A DNA stretch of 64,000 bases from an uncultured virus (IMG/VR IMGVR_UViG_2651869679_000001). Lineage: Duplodnaviria > Heunggongvirae > Uroviricota > Caudoviricetes. Location of the stretch: IMG/VR virus record IMGVR_UViG_2651869679_000001. One strand, written 5' to 3'. Numbering within the stretch: position 1 is the first letter of the stretch; each line of letters opens with the position of its first letter. Below the pieces are notes generated by a model. It was given only the letters and a program-made list of their open reading frames with translations. It had not been told where the DNA came from and searched no databases. This document shows, piece by piece, positions 39,416 to 50,913 of this stretch. Both the position numbers and the translations under genes were made by a program.

Positions 39416-39577
39416 TTGTATCTTCCCTTCTTTTTTCTTTTGATATAAAAATAAGCAAAATAAAAAAGAACCTATATTTAATAAGTTCTTCATCATATTT
39501 TACATATTCTAAATTTGCTTCCATTTAAGGTTATCAATAAAATTTGTTAAATTAGATTATTTTAAAATATATTAATT

Positions 39578-40486
39578 TTAACACATGTTCATTTCTCCAT
39601 TTTTAGCATTCATTATACACACAGCATTATTTAAATTATAACTTTTATTACTTACAACAATAGAATAAATAAAATTTGAAAACAAGCTTATAAAAACTGA
39701 TGTTTTATTTATTTCTTCTACTATCTGAATATAATGTATACTTTCATTTCCAAACAATTGCTCACCTAATTTTTTAAAGTTTTCACTAGTTTTTTTATGT
39801 TTTTCATAAGGCAATTCTGCTATTATACTATCAAGATTGCTTTCTATATTTTTATATATATAATTATTTAATATCTCAGCTAATATTCTTCCTTGCTTAT
39901 CTTTCAAGTATTTGTCTCCAATTTTATAATACATAAACTCATAAGCAATTTTAATAAATCCCATCTCAATTTTATATAAATCTGTTTCTCTTGTGATTTG
40001 CATAATAGGCTGTTTTATTTTTACTTTTGATTCATCTCTAATTTTTTTAATTTGTTCATCAGTTAAATTAGCTTTGCCGGATCTTTTAAGTTTTTTATTT
40101 ATAATCTTAATTCCCTCTTCCAATGATGGCGCAGATACTATATATTTCTTTAAATTTTCATCAAATTCAACTATAGTTTCAAGTCTGGGTTTTAAATTTT
40201 CATCACAATATATTACCCTACCATCCATAGTTTTACCTTTCCTAAAAGGATTAGGTATTTTACCGGATTTGCCCTTGATTTTATTTGTGAACCTATCTAA
40301 CTCAGATATAATATTGTTAGTTATTTCATAATCTACTTTTTTCCCTAATTTACTATTACATTCCTTACATAAAGAATTTATAGTTAATTTCTTATTTCCA
40401 GTTGATTCAGGAATTATATGTTCTATATTGAATTGAGAATTGTTCTTAACTTTTCTACAAATTATACAAATTCTATTGTTGTCCAT
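39578..40486 (-). CDS. HNH endonuclease with C-terminal extension
   Basis: CIIC...EHIIP..GN...LCKECNS.LG. Confidence 0.85.
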   Translation of the reverse strand: MDNNRICIICRKVKNNSQFNIEHIIPESTGNKKLTINSLCKECNSKLGKKVDYEITNNIISELDRFTNKIKGKSGKIPNPFRKGKTMDGRVIYCDENLKPRLETIVEFDENLKKYIVSAPSLEEGIKIINKKLKRSGKANLTDEQIKKIRDESKVKIKQPIMQITRETDLYKIEMGFIKIAYEFMYYKIGDKYLKDKQGRILAEILNNYIYKNIESNLDSIIAELPYEKHKKTSENFKKLGEQLFGNESIHYIQIVEEINKTSVFISLFSNFIYSIVVSNKSYNLNNAVCIMNAKNGEMNMC

Positions 40487-40728
40487 AATTCCACTCCTTT
40501 ATAATATATTATCATAATAGTAATGGAAATTCTATTTATAAACTTCTTATTCAAAAGATTCCAATTCTTTAATCATTTATTAAACATATTCCTTTAAGTT
40601 AATTAATTCAAGAATTTCTTATAAATAATTATTGTTTTATTATAATTTTATACAGTTCATCTCAGTAGCCTAAATAATTTTCAGTTTTTATTACACAATA
40701 ATATTTATCTATTGCGTAACTTATCTTC

Positions 40729-40851
40729 TTATTGTGTCTTAATTATATTTTCTTTATCTTCTATAGTTATCCATTTTGCTTGTACAAAAATATCTAAATC
40801 TTCTTCCACATATAACCCCATTAAAAAATATTCTTTAATATAACTAAGCAT
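40729..40851 (-). CDS. xkdX: XkdX-family small phage protein
   Basis: MLSYIKEYFLMGLYVEEDLDIFVQAKWIT..., 40 aa, typical position after fibre genes. Confidence 0.75.
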   Translation of the reverse strand: MLSYIKEYFLMGLYVEEDLDIFVQAKWITIEDKENIIKTQ

Positions 40852-41230
40852 TTGTATTACCTCCTAATTGTGCTATTTTTAATAATAAAGTTGAATTTAA
40901 TTCTTTTTGTTTATTTAGCTCTATTTGCATATTGGCATTGTCCTTAAGCAATTTTGCATTTATAGCATCCTGTTGACTTGGTTGTGTATTTAAATCTTTA
41001 TTATCTTCTTCTATCTCTTGTTTTAATTTTAAATATTCTTCTTCTGTTATTTGTTCTAAATCTTCGTTAGATTTTATATCTTCTATATTAGCCATTATGG
41101 CTATTGTTTTTCCATAACGTTGGCTACCTGGTATATTTTTATTTATATTTAACCCCTTATAATTAACCTGTCCAAACTCGTTATAAAAATTTAATATTTT
41201 ATAAAAATACAAAAATAACACTCCTCTCAT
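40844..41230 (-). CDS. Tail fibre-associated hypothetical protein
   Basis: 128 aa with C-terminal coiled coil, between fibre and xkdX. Confidence 0.6.
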   Translation of the reverse strand: MRGVLFLYFYKILNFYNEFGQVNYKGLNINKNIPGSQRYGKTIAIMANIEDIKSNEDLEQITEEEYLKLKQEIEEDNKDLNTQPSQQDAINAKLLKDNANMQIELNKQKELNSTLLLKIAQLGGNTNA

Positions 41231-43080
41231 TATATTAATAAAGTTTCAGCTACAATATTAATATTTAAATTACCTGGAATATGCACCTTGTTATATCTAT
41301 TTAGTTCTTTATTAGTTTTTAAAATAATACATCCATCAGAGTAAAGCCACATTACTCGCGCAATTATGTCATTTTCTCTTTCTTTAATATAACTATTATC
41401 TTTATCTATTCTACCTGTATCAATTGAGTTGTCTATACGCAATGTAGCAATTTGTGTACCATCTGACTTAAGTTTATACAATCGTAATTCTGGGTATCCT
41501 TGTACGTTATCGTGTAATCTAGTAACAATATATATGTATTTATCACTATCGATAAAATACATAATTGCCGTTTCATATCTACTGGCAAAAACATATTTAC
41601 TAACAATGTTATTATTAATATCTATTATAGTTATACGATCATTGTAATTATAATTAAGCTGGCATAATAACAAATCATTCCTAGGATCATAATACACAGG
41701 AACTCCTATCTCTTGTGGAATAATGAATGTTTGTAATACGTTCCCTTGAAAATCTAATATATTAAATTTTTCTTCAATAGTATGCTTAGAAATAATTCTT
41801 TTAGACTTTAAATTTATTCCTAAAAAACTTGTATTTGTTGATGTCAAATTATTAAATATATTCCCGTATTTTAAAAAAAGCATATCTATATCATAAGAAT
41901 TAAGCATGTCTATTTTATTTATTAAAACTTGTAGATCTTCTATTCCTTTGCTATCTTGACCTTTAGTAGTTAATTTTTCAGCCATAGAGTTTTTTAAATT
42001 CTGTGTTTTATTTTTTAAGGTAGAAAAAGTATCCTCTATATTAAGAGGACTGCCAATAACGTCTACCCAATTCTGTTTACCATTATTGGCATTTTGAAAA
42101 AGCTCATTTACTGCTCCTACTATATTAGTTTTATCTGTAGTTTTTAAGTTTTGTAGATCACCTTGTTGTGTCGTAATATCAGCCAATTGTGTCTCAATTG
42201 TTTGTCCATTTTCTGTAGTTATATCTGCTGCTTTAAGTTCTATATCTCCAGTTTTCTTATTTACAGACTTAACAGGGATATCAATATTTTCAACATCCTT
42301 CTTCAATTGTTCTACATCTTTAGTTAATTTAGCTGCTATATTTCCATCCAGCTTATCTTTTAAGGTTTCAAACCAATTGTTAAAATCTTTCTCCCATATT
42401 CCTGTATTCTCAAACCATTCATTCCATTGTTTTAGAAAATCTTCTGTACTTTCTTTATACCATTTATCAAAGGTTTCTTTCTTGTCTTTGGTCCACATAG
42501 CAATGTCTTTATCATAAGCTTCTTTAGTTTTGGAATACCAATCTTGGAACTGATTAAATATTGCTGTTGTGTCTACCTGATCTACTACTCCATGCACTAT
42601 CCCACATAGTTCTTTATTTAATCTCAAATCTGTTATATCCGCTTGTGTAATTTTTATAGCTCCAGCATTAACTTTTATATCTGCTAATGCTAATTCATAC
42701 ATGTCAGCATTTCTGGTCAATTGTGGTGCTTTAGGTTCACTAGCAAACTCACCTTTTTTTATTTTTACTCTTATTTCTCTTTCAACAACATCATATCGCA
42801 ATACTATCTTATCTGTTCTATGCAATACACCATCTGCAACATCTATGGGTAATATTAATTCATCTGTATTTATATATATGAATCCATTAATCCATGCCTT
42901 ACCTGGTTTAATAATTACATTCATTCTATCTGTTTCTAATACTTGTAACTGTTTAGCAGGATTAGGGAAAACACCATTACCTATAAATGTAGCAAAATAC
43001 CCTGCAAAATTATCTGCTTTATATACCCTATCCCACGTATTAGCTACTTTCATAGCATTAAAAAACCCTGACTTCTCCAT
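41230..43080 (-). CDS. Tail fibre / receptor-binding protein
   Basis: MEKSGFFN..DRVY, GKAWING, ITDLR...CG N-terminus; LKTTDKTNIVGAVNEL; variable C-terminus. Confidence 0.8.
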   Translation of the reverse strand: MEKSGFFNAMKVANTWDRVYKADNFAGYFATFIGNGVFPNPAKQLQVLETDRMNVIIKPGKAWINGFIYINTDELILPIDVADGVLHRTDKIVLRYDVVEREIRVKIKKGEFASEPKAPQLTRNADMYELALADIKVNAGAIKITQADITDLRLNKELCGIVHGVVDQVDTTAIFNQFQDWYSKTKEAYDKDIAMWTKDKKETFDKWYKESTEDFLKQWNEWFENTGIWEKDFNNWFETLKDKLDGNIAAKLTKDVEQLKKDVENIDIPVKSVNKKTGDIELKAADITTENGQTIETQLADITTQQGDLQNLKTTDKTNIVGAVNELFQNANNGKQNWVDVIGSPLNIEDTFSTLKNKTQNLKNSMAEKLTTKGQDSKGIEDLQVLINKIDMLNSYDIDMLFLKYGNIFNNLTSTNTSFLGINLKSKRIISKHTIEEKFNILDFQGNVLQTFIIPQEIGVPVYYDPRNDLLLCQLNYNYNDRITIIDINNNIVSKYVFASRYETAIMYFIDSDKYIYIVTRLHDNVQGYPELRLYKLKSDGTQIATLRIDNSIDTGRIDKDNSYIKERENDIIARVMWLYSDGCIILKTNKELNRYNKVHIPGNLNINIVAETLLI

Positions 43081-44174
43081 TATCTCACATCCTTTTTAGA
43101 TACCTTTTTTATCTTATCTATAATAGTAGGGATGCTATTCCCAAATACACACTCTAAATTGAAACCATTAACTTCATATATTTCTTTAATTTCTGTAATC
43201 CTACTATTAAGAGTTACACCCCATTTTTTATCCTGGACGGTAACAATATCTCCTAAATCCCAATCCTGGCCATAAATAAAAGCTCCGTAAGGAATTACTT
43301 GTGCTTCAAAAGTATTTACTATCTTAAAATCATCTAATTTATGATTACCCATACTCTTTAATTCGGAAATATCATCAGCTTGGCTACAATCTATAAAAAC
43401 CTCATTTCTAGATAATCCTTTAGCCTCTCCTACTTGTTGTATTAATCTTTCTTCATCTTCTCCTTTGCCACCACAATAGCCTACATTTTTATAATTCAAT
43501 AAGCTCTTAACAAAATGCTTATTTTTTATGTTGTCAAAATCCACACTAAAAATTACTGGGGGCAATAGCTCCTGGTCTACTGTTAAATTCTTACCTTCTA
43601 TTACATCAAATACAAATTTATTATTGTTTGTATCTAATGTAATATCCCAACCTAAATTACTATACTCAGCTATTTCTGTAATCTTATCGGCTAAGTTTTC
43701 ATATCTAGTACGCCAAGCATCTTGTTTTCCTCTTTGTTTATCTTTAGCAATAATTACTTGCGGGATTTTTCTATTTACATCTACTGGATTGACTATATTG
43801 TTATTTGTAAATTGCTTAATAATAGTTTCCTGTGATCCTATTGCATTATCATATCCTTGTCCTATGGATGGTATTATTAATCTTCTTTTAGCTATGCCTT
43901 TTAAAGTAGGTCCTTTAATAACTAACTGTTCTTTACCATCTTCACTCATAGATTTATCTATATGTTCAATTATCCCTACTTTATTAAAATAAACTCCTAA
44001 GAAAATTAAATTATCTTCATGGAGTTTATCAGTATTTTGTTTATCTATATTTATATGAAGTTCAAATTCTCCAACTTTAAAAAAACGTCTAATAAAAATT
44101 AAACTCTCATAGTTATCAATTTCACCAAGTAAATTAAAATCTTTATCTATAATTCTTATAGGTATATCATTCAT
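43080..44174 (-). CDS. Siphovirus Gp37-like (Tal/hub) tail protein
   Basis: GEIDNYESL...GEFEL, YGQDWDLGDIVTV. Confidence 0.85.
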   Translation of the reverse strand: MNDIPIRIIDKDFNLLGEIDNYESLIFIRRFFKVGEFELHINIDKQNTDKLHEDNLIFLGVYFNKVGIIEHIDKSMSEDGKEQLVIKGPTLKGIAKRRLIIPSIGQGYDNAIGSQETIIKQFTNNNIVNPVDVNRKIPQVIIAKDKQRGKQDAWRTRYENLADKITEIAEYSNLGWDITLDTNNNKFVFDVIEGKNLTVDQELLPPVIFSVDFDNIKNKHFVKSLLNYKNVGYCGGKGEDEERLIQQVGEAKGLSRNEVFIDCSQADDISELKSMGNHKLDDFKIVNTFEAQVIPYGAFIYGQDWDLGDIVTVQDKKWGVTLNSRITEIKEIYEVNGFNLECVFGNSIPTIIDKIKKVSKKDVR

Positions 44175-44177
44175 AAT

Positions 44178-45068
44178 CTATACTCCTATATATAAAGGTT
44201 TATAGTATACAGCCATTTCCAAGTTATCTAATCCTTTTTCAGCATCATATCTGAGTAAGTTATCTCCTGGTGCCAATTGAAGGAATGTGGAATTTAAATC
44301 TATATAATTAAATACATTTATCTTAGTTCCATTAGACTTAGTCATTTCTACTCTTTTATTACCGAAGGATGTATTTATAACCAACTTATCTCCAGCTTGC
44401 AATGTCCTTTTAACTTTAATATATTTTCTAGTATATACATCAAATAATGAAGGATTTACTACAGTTGCAAGTGCTTTAAATTCGATACGCATACCACATT
44501 CTACATCACCTTTATTTTTAGCATTAACTATTAGATTACTTACTCTATGTCCCATAATAATTCCTGTTTCTTCTGGTATTATGAGAGGAAAATGAAAGTC
44601 TCCAACCCATAAAGCTATTTCCTCTTTTTGTTCTATCAAATCCATCCACAAAGGATCAGGGCAATAAAACTGTATTAAAAATTCTTGCATATCATCTACA
44701 GATTCTTTAAACGTTGGAGGAGTATCTACAATACAATTGATAACATGCTCACTAGCATTATTAATATAAGTAAGAGTACCGTTTATCTTAGGATTAAATA
44801 TGCTACAAAGCTTTTGTCTCTTCGTATACATATCCTCTACAGTATCTCCAACTATGGCTCCTTCTATTGGTAAAATCCTCTCTTCTAAAAGAGTACCATG
44901 ATGACTCCTACCATCTTGACCAGGCGATTTACTTGTTAATATTGTAGTTTTAGGACTTCCTGTACCTTCAATTTTAGTTAAAATAAAAGGGGCAAAGTTT
45001 CCTAATTCTATACTCTGTCCTCTTTCATTCTTAAATATTAATTTTTGCAATTTATCACCTACATTCAA
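44178..45068 (-). CDS. Distal tail (Dit) protein
   Basis: F.CPDP.W, FLQLAPGDN, Y.PLYIGV; follows TMP. Confidence 0.85.
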   Translation of the reverse strand: MNVGDKLQKLIFKNERGQSIELGNFAPFILTKIEGTGSPKTTILTSKSPGQDGRSHHGTLLEERILPIEGAIVGDTVEDMYTKRQKLCSIFNPKINGTLTYINNASEHVINCIVDTPPTFKESVDDMQEFLIQFYCPDPLWMDLIEQKEEIALWVGDFHFPLIIPEETGIIMGHRVSNLIVNAKNKGDVECGMRIEFKALATVVNPSLFDVYTRKYIKVKRTLQAGDKLVINTSFGNKRVEMTKSNGTKINVFNYIDLNSTFLQLAPGDNLLRYDAEKGLDNLEMAVYYKPLYIGV

Positions 45069-48000
45069 ATGCTATTTTTCTTAACATTGTTTCTGTTTGT
45101 CTTCTTTCCTCAGAAGGACTAAGTGTTTTAGGATTATTAAATGTAAAACTGTTGTGGTTTACTATACTTTTTCTGTTATCAGTAGTAGCTGTTATATTAC
45201 TAGATGATGATACAGAATTTACAATAGCACTTTGAGCCATTGCATTTAAAGCAGAAGTTCTAGCCTCTTCAAAACTACTTTGTACACTAGCTAACATAGA
45301 TTTTAATTCTTCTATCCTAGGTTTGAATCCTTCTACAAGCCTTTCACCTAGACTTTGTCCTGCCTGCTGATAAGCTTCCTCATAAGAATGTAATAATTCA
45401 AGGATATCTTTCTGATTATTATCCATTATCATTTTTTCAGCTTGTGCTTGAAGAGCTGCATCATTAATTCTTTTAGCATAAAAATTTCTATAATCCTCAA
45501 GTTGTTTTTCTAAGCTCTGCTTATTACTTTCATATATAGTATTAATACTTTTTAATTCATTTTCTTTTTCCTTCTGTAGCTTATCTTTCTGTTCTTCTAG
45601 TTGTTCCTTATGAAGCCTTTTTTCTCTCTCTTTAATAAGATTATTAAGTTCTTTTTGCATTTCTGCTTTATTAAATTCATTATGTTCATACTCAATAGCT
45701 GATTCTAACTGTTTAATTTTCCTCTTTTCTGCTGCATCTTTATCGGCTTTATCTTCTTCTGTAAGTTGTTTGTCTATAGCTTCAATCTTAGCATCATAAA
45801 AGCTTTCTATTCTTTTTATAGATTCATCTTTCCATCTATCTAAATTTTTAAGCTCATTATTTATGTGATCTTCTTGTGCCTTTAGTTCATCTTCATATCT
45901 TTGCTTTAATGCTGACTTAATTCTATCAACTATATTATTAATACTATCAGATACTTTTTTATCTACTTCCCTTTGAGCATCTATAATCTTTTGTTTTGCA
46001 TCATCAACTGAATTTCCCATGTTGATTAGTTCAGTTTTAGCTTCTTCTAACGACTTCTTAGCCTTTACAGTTTCCTCTGCTGTATACCCAAAAGTCTTCG
46101 CTAATTCTTTATATCTATTTTCAAGTTCTTTTATTTTTTCTCCTTGAAGAATAACTATAGCTTGATGATTTAATAAATTTTGATTTAAATCTTTAGTGTC
46201 AATACCTAACCTTTTTATAGCCTCATTGAATTCATTCAATGTATTATTAAATGAATTCTCTTGTACTTTAAGAGATTTTTTAACTTCTTTTTCTCTCTTG
46301 TCTAGTAATTTCATACCATCATCATAATATTCTTTAAGCGCCCTTTTTGAACGCTCAAGGCTATCTATCTGTGACTTCTGATTAGCTTTAGTAGTATTTA
46401 AAACTTGTTTTTGATACTGTCTTAAAGCAGCTATTTGGTTAGCATAATTAGCCTTAGCCTTCTTATCCTTAGTATTTCTTTGCAATTTTTGATAATAGGC
46501 TATCTGTGAATCTATACGTGACTTTTCTGTTTGCAACTCTATAGAATTTTCATTCTTTAATATTCTAAGTCTATCCTCTACGCTTTTAACTCTATTTTCA
46601 TAGTCTTCCTTTAGATATTCCTTACTCTTTTCAATTTCTTCTTTATTTAGTTTGTCTATAAATTCTAGATATTTTTGATACTCTTTTTTACTATTAGCTC
46701 CCCAATTTAGCTGTCTTGCTAATCTATCTTTCATTACACTTTCAGATACACCAACTCTAGGGTTAACAGCTATACTTTCTTTAGCCTCAGACATGGCTTC
46801 TTTTGCAATATTTTCAGGATTATTATTAGCTTTATTATCCTCTAACAATGATGTTAATATCTTTTTAGATTCTCTATTATTAAATACTTTTTCTCCACCG
46901 TTAAATAATCTATACTGCCTAGATGCTACTATCTCAAAACCATCTTCAGCGACTTCATGTATTCCTGCTTCCGCAAAATCTGTACCTGCAGCATAACCTT
47001 TAGTATTTTTAACTTGTTTTTTAGACAATCTGTTTTTCATAGAGTTTGATTGTGTATTATTGAATATTTTAGTCCCTTTAGGTAAATCTACTAGTTTAGG
47101 TCCTTTACCTGGTAATTGTATTAATTCTGATCCATCTTCATCAACCCAAGTTAAACCACCTTCAAAGTAATCAGTTCCTGTCCATTTTTCTCCTATATTA
47201 GCTATTTTGCTAGCTGAAGTACCTACAACTATTGGACTACTTCCTATTGCACTTTTAATAGCGTTATAAGCTTCAGATACCCAATCGAAAAGATTATTAT
47301 TTTTTTTACTTGCAACTTTTATTGGCGCTTCCCATATATCATCTTTTTTTCTGTCATAAGAATCTTTTATAGGCTGAAATCTTTTCCCGTTCAATAAATC
47401 TTTAGCTATATCTGATTGTGGCCTTATTGGATTACCATATACTTCATGCGTTGTATTATCCCAAACACCACGTATTTTTCCACTATTTTGGTCTACTTCT
47501 ACATAACACCCATGCATTTGACCTGTTACCGTATCTTTTATTTCATAATATCCTGTTTTTGTAATGCCATTTATTTTTTCCATGTGATCCGTATAATTAA
47601 TTAATTTTTGATTATTAGATTTTTCTTCATTAGTTAATATCTTTCCATTTTCTACATCGATATATTTTATTAATTCAGGATATTGTTTCATAGCTGTATT
47701 TAAAAAACCTTTATATTTTTCATTTTCTACACCTATTTCTTTATTCTTTGCCTCTTCTAATTGTGTAATTTTAGCATCAATTATTTTTTTGGTTTCTGCA
47801 TCTACATCTTGAGCATTTAATTTTAAATACTCTATTTGTTTATTGTAATTTTGTTTTATTTTATCAGTTTCTTTATCTCTAAGTTTTGCTTTTTCTTCTA
47901 ATAGTTTAGATACACCTTTCATATCTAAATTTTGCATACGAGCATTAAAATCGGCTTGAGCTGCTAGTAATTCCTGTTTAGATTTAACGGTATTTTTCAT

Positions 48001-50913
48001 TTCTATATTTCCAATTTGTTGGGTCAATTTTTCAATCTCTTTTAGCGTATTTTGCCTTACATCTCCAGTTTCTTTGCTAGCTCTTTTTTCTAAATCTAAA
48101 ATTTTCTTTTTAATATCCTGAACCTTTTTTATTTGATCATTTCCACTCTTATTAAGAGAGTCTAATATTTTTTTCTCATTTGCATCTAACCCATCAGCTT
48201 TAAAACTGTCCGCTAAAGTTTTTTGTATTTCAGGTTGCTTAGATTTTATTTTATTAATAGCACTGTTACATATATCATCCAGTTTAGCATTAAGGTTTCT
48301 CCCAGTTTCATCATCTGCTAATTTATCAAGTTTAGAAGCTCCATTAAGTTCCATATTATAATTGGCTATTTTATTGGCTATACCATCTAAAGCTTTTTGA
48401 GTTTCTGGACTTACTTTTTTACTCCATTCTCTATGCTTTACATTCATTTTTTCTAATTCTTTATTAGTATAAACTGTATGTCCATTAAGTCTAGCCATTG
48501 CAGTTTCCATAACTCCCATATCTTCTGCACTCTTTATACAACTATCATTCAGATATTGTGTATTTTTATGTGCTACATATATGGCTCCTCCAACCGCTAT
48601 AATCCCTGCTGTTACTGGTAATGCTATACTACCAATCGTCCCAAGTCCTCCTGCAAATAATCCAAGTCCTCCTGGACCTCCAGCAACTTTTGCTGCTGTA
48701 CCTACACCTTCAACTGCAGTAGCTACAGTTGAAGCTTCCTTAAAGATTCCGAAAAATACGCCTACCTTTTTGCCTGTTTTAAGTAAAGTATTTACACCTT
48801 TAAAAGCACCACCTAAACCACTTATAAATGGTCCTAATGCTGCACTAGCAAGTCCTGTCTTTATTATAAACTCTTGTGTAGCAGGACTTAATTTATTCAT
48901 CCAATCAGCAAATCGAGATATTAGATCTATTCCCTTCTCAACAATAGGCAATGCTTTAATTCCTAGTTCCATAAGAGAATTTTTGGCTTTATTCATAGCC
49001 TTAACAAATTTAGTTTCTGTAGATTGTTCCATTTTGTTATAGGCATCATCTAAAGCAGTAGTATTAGTTTGCATCTCTTGCATAGATGCATTGTATTTTG
49101 CTACCCCATTTTCAGATGTTAACATAAGTATGGAGTTAAGTCCCTCCACTGATCCAAACATAGTAGCCATAGCACCTATTGGTGAATCTGCTGCTTGTGC
49201 CATTATCTCCAAATCTTTACTTGCATTTTTTTGTGCTTTGCTTAATTCTTTATATTCTTTAGTACCTTTCTTTCCGGCATTTTCTAGTTCTAGCATTTTA
49301 TGAGCATTATCGCTCATGCTTTGGCTCAATTTATCAAATTCAGGACTCGCATTAGATAATCCTTTCTTTACATCTTGTAAAAATCCCATCCATCCCTTAC
49401 TCTGTAGAGCTGAAACAGAAAAGTCTATGCCTAATTGTTCTGCTGCTTCTCCTGCTTCTTTTGAAGGTTTTATTATATTGGACATTGCTGCCTTAAGTGC
49501 TGTAACAGATTCTGCAGTATTTAATCCTTGTGCAGTTGTACTTGCTAAACTAGAAAACAATTCATCTGTTTTGATTCCAAGTGAAGCAGCTATCGGAGTT
49601 ACTTTACCTACAGCACTTGCAAGCTCACCAAAAGTTGTTTTACCAAGATTTTGTGTAATTAACATCTGATTTGAAATATCTGTAGCTTTATCTGCTTCTA
49701 ATCCATATGAATTTAAAACAGTAGTTAATCCATCAACCGCAGTGGATGTTTCTGTAAAACCACCCTTTGCAGCTTTTACTGCCACATCTAAGAAATCAAC
49801 AGCTTTAGCTGTATCTACTGAACCAGAAATAGCTTGATACAATGATTCATTCAATTCTTTAGTGCTCATTCCAGTTTTATTAGAAAGATCAATTACTCCT
49901 TTTTTAAGCGTTTCTATTGGAACTTTTGTAGTATCTGCAATTGTACTTACCTTAGCAGCACCACTTTCAAAGTCAAAGGCAAATTTAGTAGCTGCAGTAC
50001 CTGCACCTATAATAGGAAGAGTAACATGAGTTGTAAGTTTATTACCTACACCTTGGAGTGTATCTCCTACTTTATCAAATGTTTCATATTTTTTATCTAT
50101 CTTTTCAAATTCATTACCTAGTATTTTCAACTTACCAGTAAAAGTAGTAGCTTCTTTTTCTGTCTTTTTTAATTCTTCTCCAAGATTAGCATGAGCTATT
50201 TTTAAATCTAGTATTTTACCTTTATACTCTTCAACTTCTTTAGAATCTTTGCCATACTCCTGTTCAACTTCTTTTAAAAGAGCTTCATGCTTTTTTATCT
50301 CATTATCTAGTAGTGACATTTCTTTTTTTAATTTATTCATCTTTTCAGAATTATCAAAGATACCTTTGCCACTTTTCTCTTGAGTTAAATCGAGCAGTTT
50401 ATAGGATTTTTCTAAATTACTTATCTGAGTGCTTGTTTTTTGATAACCTTCATCAAGATTTTTTAATTTATCAGCTATAGTAACTGTAGTTTTACTAGCT
50501 TTCTCTAATTCTTGTGACAATTCTGAGTGCTTCAGCTTTAAATCTAATACATGAGATTTATAATTTTCATATTCTTTTGAGTTTTTACCACATTGTTGTC
50601 CTATATTTTCTAAAGTCTTTTCTGACTTTTTAATTTCATCATCTAGTAACTTCATGCTAGATTTATAAGCTTCAATTTTTTTACTATTATCTTCTAAACT
50701 TTTACCACTTGATTTATTAGCATTTTCCCAAAGCTTATAACTTTTCTCTATATTAGATACCGCAGTATATACACTCTTATCCATTATAGAACTTGCTTTT
50801 TCCGCACCTGTTTGTAATTTATAAAAGCCCTGTATCGCTTTTGATACAGAGCTTTCAAATTTATCTAATCTTAAATCTATACTTGAATATACACTTCCTA
50901 AATCAATGCTTAT
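45055..50913 (-). CDS. Tape measure protein (probable ATA start at 50913)
   Basis: Frame stays open 43 codons upstream of ATG 50784 to an ATA 7 nt after AGGAGGTG; TP901-type TMP core. Confidence 0.9.
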   Translation of the reverse strand: MSIDLGSVYSSIDLRLDKFESSVSKAIQGFYKLQTGAEKASSIMDKSVYTAVSNIEKSYKLWENANKSSGKSLEDNSKKIEAYKSSMKLLDDEIKKSEKTLENIGQQCGKNSKEYENYKSHVLDLKLKHSELSQELEKASKTTVTIADKLKNLDEGYQKTSTQISNLEKSYKLLDLTQEKSGKGIFDNSEKMNKLKKEMSLLDNEIKKHEALLKEVEQEYGKDSKEVEEYKGKILDLKIAHANLGEELKKTEKEATTFTGKLKILGNEFEKIDKKYETFDKVGDTLQGVGNKLTTHVTLPIIGAGTAATKFAFDFESGAAKVSTIADTTKVPIETLKKGVIDLSNKTGMSTKELNESLYQAISGSVDTAKAVDFLDVAVKAAKGGFTETSTAVDGLTTVLNSYGLEADKATDISNQMLITQNLGKTTFGELASAVGKVTPIAASLGIKTDELFSSLASTTAQGLNTAESVTALKAAMSNIIKPSKEAGEAAEQLGIDFSVSALQSKGWMGFLQDVKKGLSNASPEFDKLSQSMSDNAHKMLELENAGKKGTKEYKELSKAQKNASKDLEIMAQAADSPIGAMATMFGSVEGLNSILMLTSENGVAKYNASMQEMQTNTTALDDAYNKMEQSTETKFVKAMNKAKNSLMELGIKALPIVEKGIDLISRFADWMNKLSPATQEFIIKTGLASAALGPFISGLGGAFKGVNTLLKTGKKVGVFFGIFKEASTVATAVEGVGTAAKVAGGPGGLGLFAGGLGTIGSIALPVTAGIIAVGGAIYVAHKNTQYLNDSCIKSAEDMGVMETAMARLNGHTVYTNKELEKMNVKHREWSKKVSPETQKALDGIANKIANYNMELNGASKLDKLADDETGRNLNAKLDDICNSAINKIKSKQPEIQKTLADSFKADGLDANEKKILDSLNKSGNDQIKKVQDIKKKILDLEKRASKETGDVRQNTLKEIEKLTQQIGNIEMKNTVKSKQELLAAQADFNARMQNLDMKGVSKLLEEKAKLRDKETDKIKQNYNKQIEYLKLNAQDVDAETKKIIDAKITQLEEAKNKEIGVENEKYKGFLNTAMKQYPELIKYIDVENGKILTNEEKSNNQKLINYTDHMEKINGITKTGYYEIKDTVTGQMHGCYVEVDQNSGKIRGVWDNTTHEVYGNPIRPQSDIAKDLLNGKRFQPIKDSYDRKKDDIWEAPIKVASKKNNNLFDWVSEAYNAIKSAIGSSPIVVGTSASKIANIGEKWTGTDYFEGGLTWVDEDGSELIQLPGKGPKLVDLPKGTKIFNNTQSNSMKNRLSKKQVKNTKGYAAGTDFAEAGIHEVAEDGFEIVASRQYRLFNGGEKVFNNRESKKILTSLLEDNKANNNPENIAKEAMSEAKESIAVNPRVGVSESVMKDRLARQLNWGANSKKEYQKYLEFIDKLNKEEIEKSKEYLKEDYENRVKSVEDRLRILKNENSIELQTEKSRIDSQIAYYQKLQRNTKDKKAKANYANQIAALRQYQKQVLNTTKANQKSQIDSLERSKRALKEYYDDGMKLLDKREKEVKKSLKVQENSFNNTLNEFNEAIKRLGIDTKDLNQNLLNHQAIVILQGEKIKELENRYKELAKTFGYTAEETVKAKKSLEEAKTELINMGNSVDDAKQKIIDAQREVDKKVSDSINNIVDRIKSALKQRYEDELKAQEDHINNELKNLDRWKDESIKRIESFYDAKIEAIDKQLTEEDKADKDAAEKRKIKQLESAIEYEHNEFNKAEMQKELNNLIKEREKRLHKEQLEEQKDKLQKEKENELKSINTIYESNKQSLEKQLEDYRNFYAKRINDAALQAQAEKMIMDNNQKDILELLHSYEEAYQQAGQSLGERLVEGFKPRIEELKSMLASVQSSFEEARTSALNAMAQSAIVNSVSSSSNITATTDNRKSIVNHNSFTFNNPKTLSPSEERRQTETMLRKIAFECR

